DNA of 64,000 nucleotides from Antedon mediterranea (Eukaryota > Animalia > Echinodermata), in the NCBI RefSeq assembly GCF_964355755.1, contig NC_092675.1, positions 21,610,912-21,674,911 on the forward strand, in the 5' to 3' direction. The notes under the pieces were generated by a model. It was not told the DNA's origin and searched no databases. It saw only the letters and a program-made list of their open reading frames with translations. The translations under genes and the position numbers were made by a program. Within the stretch, counting starts at the first letter, position 1. Each line of letters begins with the position of its first letter. Shown here piece by piece: positions 37,191 through 61,400 of the stretch.

Positions 37191-37869
37191 CCTTCATTCG
37201 TTGGACTAAAATGATAAATTTGTATTATTTATTTTATTTATGTATGACAATTTGGAAACAAGTCTCCTAAAGAGGCCAGATATCTACATACAGTAGCTGC
37301 TAAGACTAATAAAGTGGCTTTCCTCTTAAATAATCTTAAACTTCAACAGAAAAATTCCCTTAAGTTGTCATTTAGACGAGATAATCGACTTTTAGGTTTA
37401 ACTAAAATATCTGAAGAAATAGAATGAATATACCTAACGAAAAAAAGGTTGACAATGTTAAGTATGAACGACGTTCTCTTAAAGATAACATTAGACGACA
37501 AACAGGGAGATAGATAGATATAAGGTGTTTTCCATGATTTACAAATTATTTAAAAACAAACCTTTTTTAACTCGTTTTAAGTCTACTGAAATGAATTTCG
37601 TAACAAAAATAAAAACATTTGACAAAGACGAATGAAGGCAATGTATATACTTTGTTTAGATGACGTGAATCACAGACGTTGTCTGTAAATATAACTTAAT
37701 AACTTGTGTAGCCTGTTTAGTGATAATAGTGGTTCCAAGATATTTGAAAATTGAAACTTGTTCAATTTACACATATTATTAACACAAAAAAAGCATTTAC
37801 AAATGTATTTACATTTCGATGAATTTAAAGGTATTTTATTTTATTTAAATGAGGTCTCGTCCTCTGGCC

Positions 37870-38440
37870 CATGTAGAAATTAGATATATGTCGTCGGTTG
37901 ATGATAATTGGAGATTATAATGTCATCGGCAGCAAACAGAGCTATCTTAGAAAGAAAATGGTATATTAGAAACGCTATTTTTATGTAACTTTGAAAAGGC
38001 AGTGGACCCAGGATTGAGTCCTGATGAACTCCGAAGACAATTAAGAATGGCAGCATTTTATTTTATAAATCACAATTGGCAGTTGCGTAACCGAATTGCA
38101 GGTGATGTACAGAAATGATTTAAATTGAAAGTTTTAACTAAAAAGCTATAAAAGATTTTTTTTTAAATGAACAGCAGAAATTTAAAATTGTCATACGATA
38201 GGAGAAAAATAAAAAGATATTGCAGACTTCATTGGATAAATGAAAAAATAAATTGCAACTAAAAACAATGTATAAAAAAGATAGTTACAGTGTAGGTTTA
38301 GATTCATCCAATACTACATGCTGGTACCTAATTTCCAAATTAAGGAGTATTGGATTTTATTTCTAAATGATAAAAGTGAATGTTCAATAAACAAACATTT
38401 AAGGTTGTTTTCTCTATGAGCAATCGCTCAATAAGGTTAA
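37870..38440 (-). mobile_element. Highly decayed LINE RT remnant
   Basis: VFGVHQDSILGPL (38003-38040, cf. GVPQGSILGPL) and IALFAADD (about 37922-37945). Confidence 0.5.
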
Positions 38441-39119
38441 GCAAGATTTATCAACATGATAATTGTATTTAACTACTGCGGTAGCTTTGCGTCAGGCAGT
38501 TGAGTATTTCATCAGATCATGGAGGAATTACACCCTTGATCAGATGTATAACAGAAATTATTCGAATAAAAACGAAAGTGCTGTCTAGACTTGAGGAAGA
38601 AACAGTCACTATTTTCATCACTACAATGTTTACCGCAACAATATAATAATTATAAACAAGATGCATACCGGTATACAAAAATGATTAAAACATAAAGTAC
38701 TTAAAGATGTATTTCCTCAAAAAACAATGAACATTAATATAATCAGATTTTAAATATTCCATTTTGTAGTTTTAAAGTTAATCATTTTCAAAGGAAAAAG
38801 AGAAAAATCAATTTTTGGTAAAAGTGAATAACTATTATGGAACACAAAATGGTATATTCAACAACAAAATTTGAAGGAAAAAAAATGTTTTATGTGGAAA
38901 ATATACATGATAATGTATGACTAAGATGATAAAATTTACATAGGCCTACAGCAACGAATAAGAATATTCAAAATAACTAGATGGAAAAAAAAACTTTTTA
39001 CAGGTCTGTCGTTTCAAAAAACCGAAATAACACCAATAAAAACAAAGTTTAATATGAATCCATACTATTTTCTGGACGTAATATTTAGATTTTCGGTCTA
39101 AAACAACTTTAATGAAAAA

Positions 39120-39460
39120 AGATATTTACTTACATTATTAGACCCAAAACTGGAAGCAGTGACCCACTGCACTGCTGTGCTAAGAAAAAATAACTAATAT
39201 TAGGTGCGCGCTCGTTAATAAACCCGTATTGATCATGGATGAACGAACACCATCTTAAGCATCGATTCTGAATTTGTATTCATTATTTCATAACCCCATT
39301 GAGGTGTACATAAAATCACTCATTCAAGAGAAACGAATAAGAGTCATTGTGATATACCTCATAGTGTGACATGGAAACTGATAAAAAACCATTATTAAAA
39401 TTTCAAATTGTATATCAGAACAAACGCTGTTTGATGATGTGGGGAATCCCCTGCGTTGAA
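39120..39460 (-). promoter_or_regulatory. Putative promoter and non-coding first exon of gene B, with a kappaB site
   Basis: Homologous to 54560-54860 upstream of gene A. Both end in a minus-strand GTAAGT donor after CCAGTTTTGG. GGGGAATCCCC at 39441-39451. Confidence 0.5.
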
Positions 39461-40120
39461 CCAAAATTAATATAGAAATTGTTATAAAAAAAAAGGTGTA
39501 TTTATCTTTTCCTAGATCAGTCCTAAAAAAATCATTATTAATACACTCCAACATTGAATTTATAATGTATTTTCTATAAAAATCAACTCGCTGGTGGAAA
39601 GTAATTAACAGAATATTGGAGTTTAGATTTACTAAATAGCCTATATGATAAGCAGATCGGCATACGAGTTTTAATTTTCTTATTAATTAGAACCACATTA
39701 GCAGCATTGTACAGTAAGTAGAACAAGCGTTATTGTTTTTGTGAGACGTAAATACGAAACAAAATCTGCTCATCACTTCTAAAATCTTAATTGACATTTA
39801 CTCGTCTACGACCCTACAATCGATCAAACATAAACTTCATTAAAATATATATATATTTATATACTTTACATAATATTGTTAAAAAATTGTTGAAATTGTA
39901 TTTGTATTTTGTATGTACACGGCCTCAGGGAAGAACAACCATGATCAGCCTCCGTGGTTAAATAAAGTTGAATTTAATTAAAGGTTTACTTCTTCCTCGA
40001 TGATAGCTTTACCGAAGTTTCTTATTTAACACGTATTAGTATATTATTTGACCCAATTCACCAATTGAACAAATTGTGCACGAAAATACATCTTGCGTGT
40101 AAGAACAAAGAGCATTATGT

Positions 40121-51401
<11,281 letters not shown>

Positions 51402-52307
51402 CTTGTACTTCATATGATGATATCGCACTGTACATTGATAATATCAAAAGTTAAATTAAATTGAAAAGATAACTAACTACTGAAACTAGTGAATCGGTTA
51501 TTATATAAAATGATTTATATAATTTCCGATTGTTGCATTCATTAATAAAGCAAAATTAAAATGGGTACCTTACAGATGTAGACGTCGTTTCAATATTACA
51601 TTTTTTTGACAATAAATTAATTTTGTGTTGTATTTGTTTGTTTCATTTATATTTATAGATAAGTGATAAAAATATGTGAAAGAAAGAAGTTAAAAATAAT
51701 TAAGATATACTTTAAGCACCTAAGAAATTGTCAACAAGTAAACTAAAATCTATTGGCAATACATTGTGAATGTTTTGTATTACCGTTTAAGTCATGAGGA
51801 AATTATTCACGCCTTTTATACTTTTGTACAGCCTTTTTGCCAGCAACATAATACAGTATTAACATTTGTTATCATTTACATCCGCGTTCTTTGTATATCA
51901 TTAAAATCTATTTTTTTCTGCATCATGTAATCTTTGGGTGTGATAAAACCCATGTTTTGTGACTTACTATAACAAATATAATATAATAGATGTGTTGTAT
52001 TTATAAAAAGTGATGATTCACCAAATCGCCGTACGCTATCCTATAACTAAATGTTATTAAGTTGGATAATAATGTTTCTTCAACGTTTTGGTATATTTTA
52101 TTATAACTCTATGGTTTGAGTGAGTTACATACAAATACAATACAGAACATGTGATGTAAATGGCACTGTTTGAATGGCACACTGTCTGTAGTTTAGTGGT
52201 GGTAGTTTTTTTTAGTGGCAACTTGTTCATCAAACTGGTGATCTTCTGAGAGCGCAAAAATCTCATCATAAATACAATGTATGTTGTGTTTTTTGTGGCT
52301 TATCTAA

Positions 52308-52486
52308 AGCATGGTTCCCACTAGCGACGCAACACAAGGACGTAACGCAACACAAGTGAATTGACCAATCACAAGCGATGGCTTATTCGTTTGTGATTGC
52401 TAACTGTCTATAACTTCGCTTGTCATTGGTTAAAACGCTTGCGTTGCGTTTACGTCCTTGCGTTACGTTCTAGTGGGAACCAAGCT
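52308..52486. mobile_element. PIF/Harbinger (Tourist-like) MITE
   Basis: TAA|AGCATGGTTCCCACTAG ... CTAGTGGGAACCAAGCT|TAA with long imperfect inverted arms. Confidence 0.85.
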
Positions 52487-54559
52487 TAATTTACAAGTCG
52501 GTTTAGTTGTGCATTGCGTTGGCTTTGAAAATAATAATAGTTCAATACATTTTGTATCATTACTGTTTTAATTAAAGGTGATTTTCCGATTTAAACATTA
52601 TAGAAATAAATTCTCTAGGTCTACTAACACGTTAGACCAGGGTGTCAACAAGTAATTAGCCTTCTACTCTTTTAGTGCCATTATTTTCAAACAAGAAAGA
52701 TTCGGACTCCTTTTATGAAACAGTGCAATATAAATTTTCAGGTTACAATGATAACGTTGAAAATTAAATTGACTGCTATCTTTTTAAAGGATACATCACC
52801 ACTTTCAGTTTGTTGACAATTTAAAGAAAAAGCAAAAGAAAATAACTGTACAGAAAGCATATAAAATAGTACATTATAAAGATAGAATAAAAGATCTACA
52901 AGCTAATATAAAGATCTGAACCTAGAAATAGAAAAAAAGTAGTAGTTACTTTGATATACCAGGAAATGCCAATACCTATTCTTCTGGAGTCGAACTTGAA
53001 TAATGTTGAGTTTTTAACACAAAGGTTACAAACATAAATACAGTAGTTCTCTTGTAAGAAATTTGATTGTGAGAATTGTTTTGAATTGTTTGCCTAAACT
53101 TACCCATTATATCTAATCTAAACCCAATACTAATATATACTATTGTGGGAAAAAGTTATGGAATTATTGCTGTTTGAAATAATGCCTCTGTAATCTTGAT
53201 CAGCTAACATAACCACTATAGGCTAAACTTTTTATAGAAACTTGTTCAAAGACGAAAATCACAATAAACTTTCCAAAAGGTATTTATTTAATACAGTAGG
53301 AAAAAAGACCTTATTATCTAAGAACTCGTGCCAAACCTGCCGTGATCAGATCTTTGTTTTGTTTACATAATATATTTAGAGCTATACCTTTAAAATAAGC
53401 CCACTCATTCAAGAAGTACAAAGAAACCAAAACGAACAAAAACTGTCTGGGTATTGATTTTGATCACATGATTCACTGTAGGTGGTTTGTATGACGTAAT
53501 CCTTTGGGATTTTTATTCTATTTTTATCATTGTCATTTCAAACATGGACTGATTTCATAGTTCTAAGTTTCACTTTTACACCACCAGTTTGTTTAAATCG
53601 TTTTTTATAGCCAAGCTGCGCTAGATGGTAAACAATTGAACAAAACGCTTGATTACAATAGATGGATTCAAATTCAATTATAGTTATAGTCACTGTTTTG
53701 AAATGGAAAAGAAGAGTAACTTGATATTATCATACTTCCCTGATCTTCTGGATAAACAGTAAAATTATACATCTTTTCTGTTCTGCTATTTTGTTTCATG
53801 ATTATGATTTTGCAGTATAGTACTGGATATACCCAATAAAGATATCCTCATGCTCATGCATTTTACTTTCTATTTAACCGATTATCGGTACTTTATCCAT
53901 AATTGTTCTTGTATCATAAACATTATTTCTTTATACTTTAGGGCCACAGGACATCTCATCGAATGTTTGTTTTGTGACGTTTCGGAAAAAAAGTAAAACC
54001 CTTCTAGAATAATTATTTGTACACGGCGAAGTTGGCAAACATTAAAGGAGGTATAATTGTATAAGGAAGTAATGGGAGGTACAGTAGTATATGATAGGTA
54101 TACGATAAATTATGGATACTAATTTGATATCTGGCTGTTTAATAAATTGAATAAATCTATCAATCTTATAAACGGATAAAATTTTAAACAAATATTAACA
54201 AATTAATTAAACAAATCAACTGACATTCACCAAAAGGACAGTGCTGTCTAACATTAGAACAACGTTTGACACATTGCATTCAAACATGACTGAAAACAGT
54301 GGCAAGTTTCTTAAATTCAAAAGTTAACAACTTAGATACACTTTTCAGCAACAAATAAAGTTACTCAAAACCTCAAAATATGTGAAAGAAAACAATACTT
54401 GTTGACAGGTTACTATAACCAGTATTTTAGAACTCAAAACAAATGAGCGAACGTTAAAATTCTGATTATGAAGCCATATCTAACCTAGGCATATTTTGTT
54501 CGCCATCTATTTGGTCCATTTAAAAACTATTTCTGTACAAAACGACATAATGTATAAAT

Positions 54560-54860
54560 ATTTTACTTACATAATAGATCCAAAACTGGAACCACACTCG
54601 CGTCTCTGACTGAGTCTGTTACTGCTGGGTTTAAAAGTATCTGACGCTGGGTGCTTGTCAACAAATTATCATCGATCACGGGTGGACGAACATCATCTAA
54701 AGCATATCAAACTTGTATTGTTACCTATGATTTCATAACCCTATTGAATATCTATTAGGTATATACAAAATCACTGAGTCAAGAAAAAGGAATGACGTGT
54801 TTATAAAAGGTACTGTGAATGATGTGACATGGAAAACACACAAAACATATCAGAAACAGT
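54560..54860 (-). promoter_or_regulatory. Putative promoter and non-coding first exon of gene A (second copy at 56827-57127)
   Basis: Conserved with 39120-39430; minus-strand donor GTAAGT at 54565-54570; an acceptor lies just upstream of the ATG exon (near 51428). Confidence 0.45.
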
Positions 54861-56161
54861 AGCTTAAAATTGGTATAGTTGCTATTATCATTATATGATA
54901 GATTTGTATAATTAAAGGAGTTACACTGCATAAAATAAACCTTTTGAACAAAACATGTTAGATGAATATCAAGAGAAATATGCAGGAAACGTTGTCATTA
55001 TTAATGGTATGTCTTGTTCTCTTGTATTTAGTTACGAAAAAGAACAGCAAACAAGGTGGTACAAGTTCAAAAGAGTTGTCCGGTGAAAAAATGAACAAGT
55101 GAGGAAAAGAAGCCAAAACCAGATGAAGGCTATATGTATGTTCATGAAAAATGAACTGATTCATTATATCGACAATAAAAGTGAAGAGAATACACAGTTG
55201 CTAAATTTAACGATATACTTTTACTCTACAACGTGTAGGTAATTGATGCTCTATTAGTATAAACAAGAAATTGGAACCATAGAATGTTATTTTAAAGTTC
55301 TGATTCACTAAGTTGCTCATAGAAAACCTTCAGCCGGTTTTCCATTAAGTGAATCTATTCGAGCGAATATCAAAACATTCCCGAGCTATGATTGGTCGTT
55401 GTGTTTTCGTATCACTAACAAAGTAGTTGGAAATTTGAATATAATGACGCTTTCGATTCGTTATATATTTGAAATCAGGCTATATGAATAATACAACTAC
55501 TGTATAATAGTTCTTTCTGTAAAAATTTCAAAATACTTTTATTATAATACCGGAAATATAAACATTTTGTAACTTTCAAAATAAGCAATAATTTTTAGCA
55601 AGTAATTTATGCTGAAAACTTAAATATCTACTGTGTTTGGGATCATTACAGTCGTGTCAAAACATGGTCAATTTCATGTGTACAATATAATATTAATTAT
55701 GAGTTACAATTATCAAGAAAATGATTCTTCCATTTTATTGTTACCAAAATAATCAGTCTTGTCTTCTACAAAAAACAAATTGTAAAGATATTTGTTTCTT
55801 GTGTATTTGGCTAAACATATCAAACACAAATTTGACACTATTAGTTACAGCGACAAATTAATATTAATACAATGATTACAATGTTTCCAGTCATCAGACG
55901 ATCAACATGGTGACAAAGAAGCAAAAAATGGTACCTTCTGATTACAGAACTAATAACAAGATTTTTTACTAATTCTTCCATATTGTTTTACAAGTTTTTG
56001 TTGGGAAACATTATTTCTATAAACACGCAGCACTATGATAATTGGTGAACAAACAGTATTGTTAGAAATTTAAATTGCATTTGTTATATTAACTGTCTAT
56101 CATTATTAAAATGTATTATTTATTATTATCAACATGTAATGTCTAAATTTTTCTTGACATT

Positions 56162-56688
56162 TTATTTTCCATATTTTTCCTTATCTTCTTCAATTTCTCT
56201 TTGCCTTTTCAAAATAGCTGCATTTTTTTCTTGAATTCTTCTAATTTTCAATTCTAATTCCTTATCTTTATTTTCAGAGTTTTTGGCCAAGTCAATTTCA
56301 TTATTTTTGGCTGTTTTTTTGGAAGATGCTAAATTCCTCTCTTCTATTTTTCGTATTTTTTCCTGGATTTCTTCTTCTTTCTTTTTACGCTTTAATTTTT
56401 CCTCCGCACTCATTCTATCAACAGCACTGTCAGACTTACTAGTTCGAACTATCTTTCTACTAGGTTCTAATGGTAAATCAACATCAGTTTCATCAGAGGT
56501 CCGTTTTAATTTCAAACGTTCCTTGACACTTTTCTTTGCTTTTCCATTGTCTTTTGTTACAAATTTCCTTGCATCCTGTTCAGAATTAACATCAGAATCC
56601 CACGCATTTGATGAAAGTTCATCTTTACAACCAAGTCGTAATTTCACGGATGCTTTGTGCTTGGACACTGTCTTCCCAAGACGTTCAT
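56162..56688 (-). pseudogene. Duplicated partial last exon of the 58429-63151 gene (lacks the splice acceptor)
   Basis: Identical to 58429-58955 but cut at the duplication junction. Confidence 0.7.
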
Positions 56689-58428
56689 GTATTTTAGAAC
56701 TCAAAACAAATGAGCGAACGTTAAAATTCTGATTATGAAGCCATATCTAACCTAGGCATATTTTGTTCGCCATCTATTTGGTCCATTTAAAAACTATTTC
56801 TGTACAAAACGACATAATGTATAAATATTTTACTTACATAATAGATCCAAAACTGGAACCACACTCGCGTCTCTGACTGAGTCTGTTACTGCTGGGTTTA
56901 AAAGTATCTGACGCTGGGTGCTTGTCAACAAATTATCATCGATCACGGGTGGACGAACATCATCTAAAGCATATCAAACTTGTATTGTTACCTATGATTT
57001 CATAACCCTATTGAATATCTATTAGGTATATACAAAATCACTGAGTCAAGAAAAAGGAATGACGTGTTTATAAAAGGTACTGTGAATGATGTGACATGGA
57101 AAACACACAAAACATATCAGAAACAGTAGCTTAAAATTGGTATAGTTGCTATTATCATTATATGATAGATTTGTATAATTAAAGGAGTTACACTGCATAA
57201 AATAAACCTTTTGAACAAAACATGTTAGATGAATATCAAGAGAAATATGCAGGAAACGTTGTCATTATTAATGGTATGTCTTGTTCTCTTGTATTTAGTT
57301 ACGAAAAAGAACAGCAAACAAGGTGGTACAAGTTCAAAAGAGTTGTCCGGTGAAAAAATGAACAAGTGAGGAAAAGAAGCCAAAACCAGATGAAGGCTAT
57401 ATGTATGTTCATGAAAAATGAACTGATTCATTATATCGACAATAAAAGTGAAGAGAATACACAGTTGCTAAATTTAACGATATACTTTTACTCTACAACG
57501 TGTAGGTAATTGATGCTCTATTAGTATAAACAAGAAATTGGAACCATAGAATGTTATTTTAAAGTTCTGATTCACTAAGTTGCTCATAGAAAACCTTCAG
57601 CCGGTTTTCCATTAAGTGAATCTATTCGAGCGAATATCAAAACATTCCCGAGCTATGATTGGTCGTTGTGTTTTCGTATCACTAACAAAGTAGTTGGAAA
57701 TTTGAATATAATGACGCTTTCGATTCGTTATATATTTGAAATCAGGCTATATGAATAATACAACTACTGTATAATAGTTCTTTCTGTAAAAATTTCAAAA
57801 TACTTTTATTATAATACCGGAAATATAAACATTTTGTAACTTTCAAAATAAGCAATAATTTTTAGCAAGTAATTTATGCTGAAAACTTAAATATCTACTG
57901 TGTTTGGGATCATTACAGTCGTGTCAAAACATGGTCAATTTCATGTGTACAATATAATATTAATTATGAGTTACAATTATCAAGAAAATGATTCTTCCAT
58001 TTTATTGTTACCAAAATAATCAGTCTTGTCTTCTACAAAAAACAAATTGTAAAGATATTTGTTTCTTGTGTATTTGGCTAAACATATCAAACACAAATTT
58101 GACACTATTAGTTACAGCGACAAATTAATATTAATACAATGATTACAATGTTTCCAGTCATCAGACGATCAACATGGTGACAAAGAAGCAAAAAATGGTA
58201 CCTTCTGATTACAGAACTAATAACAAGATTTTTTACTAATTCTTCCATATTGTTTTACAAGTTTTTGTTGGGAAACATTATTTCTATAAACACGCAGCAC
58301 TATGATAATTGGTGAACAAACAGTATTGTTAGAAATTTAAATTGCATTTGTTATATTAACTGTCTATCATTATTAAAATGTATTATTTATTATTATCAAC
58401 ATGTAATGTCTAAATTTTTCTTGACATT

Positions 58429-61400
58429 TTATTTTCCATATTTTTCCTTATCTTCTTCAATTTCTCTTTGCCTTTTCAAAATAGCTGCATTTTTTTCTTG
58501 AATTCTTCTAATTTTCAATTCTAATTCCTTATCTTTATTTTCAGAGTTTTTGGCCAAGTCAATTTCATTATTTTTGGCTGTTTTTTTGGAAGATGCTAAA
58601 TTCCTCTCTTCTATTTTTCGTATTTTTTCCTGGATTTCTTCTTCTTTCTTTTTACGCTTTAATTTTTCCTCCGCACTCATTCTATCAACAGCACTGTCAG
58701 ACTTACTAGTTCGAACTATCTTTCTACTAGGTTCTAATGGTAAATCAACATCAGTTTCATCAGAGGTCCGTTTTAATTTCAAACGTTCCTTGACACTTTT
58801 CTTTGCTTTTCCATTGTCTTTTGTTACAAATTTCCTTGCATCCTGTTCAGAATTAACATCAGAATCCCACGCATTTGATGAAAGTTCATCTTTACAACCA
58901 AGTCGTAATTTCACGGATGCTTTGTGCTTGGACACTGTCTTCCCAAGACGTTCATGTAATGACTTTTTACTCTTCTTAACAAATTTTTCTGGATCTGTAA
59001 GGAATAAAATATTTGTAAAGTTTAAAAAGTTGTTGTTAATTACTATTTACTTTATGTTTATCATAAATAAACTATAGAATTGATAATAATTGAAACATTG
59101 ATATATTTTTATCATCTTTTTTTTCGCTCTTACTCACCATTGTCAAATACTACACTAACTCCAGTTGTTTTTGATTCATCACCTACATCAAGCTTTTTAA
59201 CTTTTTTTAAAAACTTAATACTACTTTCAGATTTTGATTTTCTTGGTTGGTTCTCTTTACTTCTGTAGTTATCTGTTCTTTCATTCAATGACGACTTATT
59301 TTTCAATTTTATAGAATCATTTTTTCTATGTTCATTGCTTTTACGCTTTTCAACTTTAGATTCAGTTTGACGTTTTGAATGCACAAAGCTACGTAAGCCT
59401 TTTTTATTCATTTCATCATCTGAATCATCAACAAAATCAAATTCTCGTGACTGAACTGCATCTCTACTTCTTTCACGAGTATTATTTTCCCGATGATCAT
59501 GTTTTTTACGTGTAGATTCATGTGTCTTATCAAAATAGGTTTCTTTTCGATATGGTTCATTCCTACGATTTTCTACTCTTTTATCAGATCTTGAAGCATA
59601 TCTTAGATCATGATCTTTCCTTCGATCTCTGTGATGATCGGTTTGTCGACCAAAATTTGGTCTCACATTAACATTCAGTTGCATAGAAGTAATTATTCGT
59701 GATGGGGCATTCACAATCTGATCACCTATTCGCTCATTTTTTGATTGTTTAAATCTAGAGTCAGTATCAATGTCACTATCAGAGTCACTTAGCGATGCTT
59801 TTGTTGTTGCTAACACTTCTTCTTCTTTTACTAATTTCTCTTGCTTTTTCAAGGTATCTGAGGGTACGCGACTATTAACTTTGGATTTGCTCGATTTCCT
59901 GCGATCTAAGATACTGGTGCTTTCATTTGAAATTGTTGCAATGATTTTGTTATCCTTTTCTTTATGATTGTACCGATCTCTTTTACCAATATCATTTCTA
60001 GGTTGTCTGTCATACTCGCGTCTACGCTCCTCCCTGTCTACATTGTTTCTTTTTCTATCATGGTTTCGTCTGTACCATTCACGCTCTCCATCAGATCTTG
60101 AATTTCGCTGGTCATAAGATCTGGAAGGTCCCCTAGAAACAATTTGACTCGTAACATGTGCTTTGTATCTATTTCTCTCTTCAACATGATCATTTCTTTT
60201 TCTGTTACGTAAATGATTTCTGAGGTCAATTGTTTTATTACTCTTAACATTTGAAGAAGGGTCAGCTGTTGCATGCTTATTATTTTCAGGTTTAGGGTCT
60301 ACAGCTCCATTTTGCTTTTCAGAAGTCTTTTCAATAATATTTTTTGAAGGTTCTTCATTTTCTTCAGAAGACAATTGTTCAGATTCACTGGAACTAGTTG
60401 AGCTTTCAGTATCACTAGAATTATCAGATTCCAATTCATCTGAATCTGATTTTTCTGGTTCTCCATCAGTACTGCTTTGTTCAATGCTCTCACTATCTGA
60501 ATCCTCACTACCATCTACTTCATCAGCTACTTCATCAGCAGAACTTTCTGAAGGCTCAATCTCCGGTATACTGTCAACATCCTCTTCTTCTTCCTCTTCT
60601 GACTCAGAATCAGATTGAAACCGACTAAATTTATCATTTCTAACTTCTTTTTTCACCTCTGGTACAACTGTTTCTTTAGTATTGGTTTCTTGTGTATCAA
60701 CTAGTGGGATTGATATGAGGTTGTTTCCACAAACAGAATTTCCAGATGCTTCTGAAAGTACTTGAGAAGTTCCTCTTGGCTGTAAAATATCAAAGTAATT
60801 ATATAAATATAATAATAAAATGTGAGTATTGATAATAAAGTTTTTTTAGTATTAACAAATTGCAAAAAAGAGTTTTATGGGTGAATAAAAAAGGGAAGTA
60901 CAGGTATGTTTGAGAATGGCATTCTGGAGTAATGCTAGGTAAATGCACAAGATTTGACAACTTTCATTGCCATTCTCTCTCTATATTTTTAGTTGCGTGC
61001 AAATGCGACTCTACAGCTCACTATGTCGGTCGGTTGGTCGGTCAACACTAACTCAAATTTGCGCCCGCGACTGCGGCCAGTATATTTTTGAAAACAGAGT
61101 ATAGTGTTCACTTTGGTCTTAGAATTATAAATTAGAATTAAAAATTAGAACTACAAATAAAATCTTCAACATGTATATAGTTTAAATGGAAACACTATTT
61201 TAGTAATATTAGAGGGAGAGTTCAGCAATGTTTCAGATATAAGTGAATAGTAAATGGAATGTTTCTTCAGAACATTCAAACTACCTGAGGGGTGACTGCT
61301 TGTGGAACTACAGCTTTCTTAGTTTTTAGGGCTGCTAATCTCAATGCTTCTAAATTGTCATCTTCATCATTCACTTCCTCTTTGCTCTTGTTACTCTCAT

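Larger units (their letters stand above)
54422..58958. repeat. Apparently identical 2267-bp tandem duplication (54422-56688 = 56689-58955)
   Basis: Identical ORFs offset by 2267 (54958/57225; 56162/58429); GTA microhomology at the junction. Confidence 0.95.

Noticed and set aside
38015-38045. CTGATGA as a hammerhead core
   Set aside because: No stem II or GAAA; it is the antisense of a decayed RT motif.
54958-57431. Twin 68-aa ORFs
   Set aside because: Identical only because of the duplication; no recognisable coding features.
56283-59077. Plus-strand hydrophobic ORFs 56283-56732 and 58550-59077
   Set aside because: Antisense shadows of the Lys/Glu-rich minus-strand exon.
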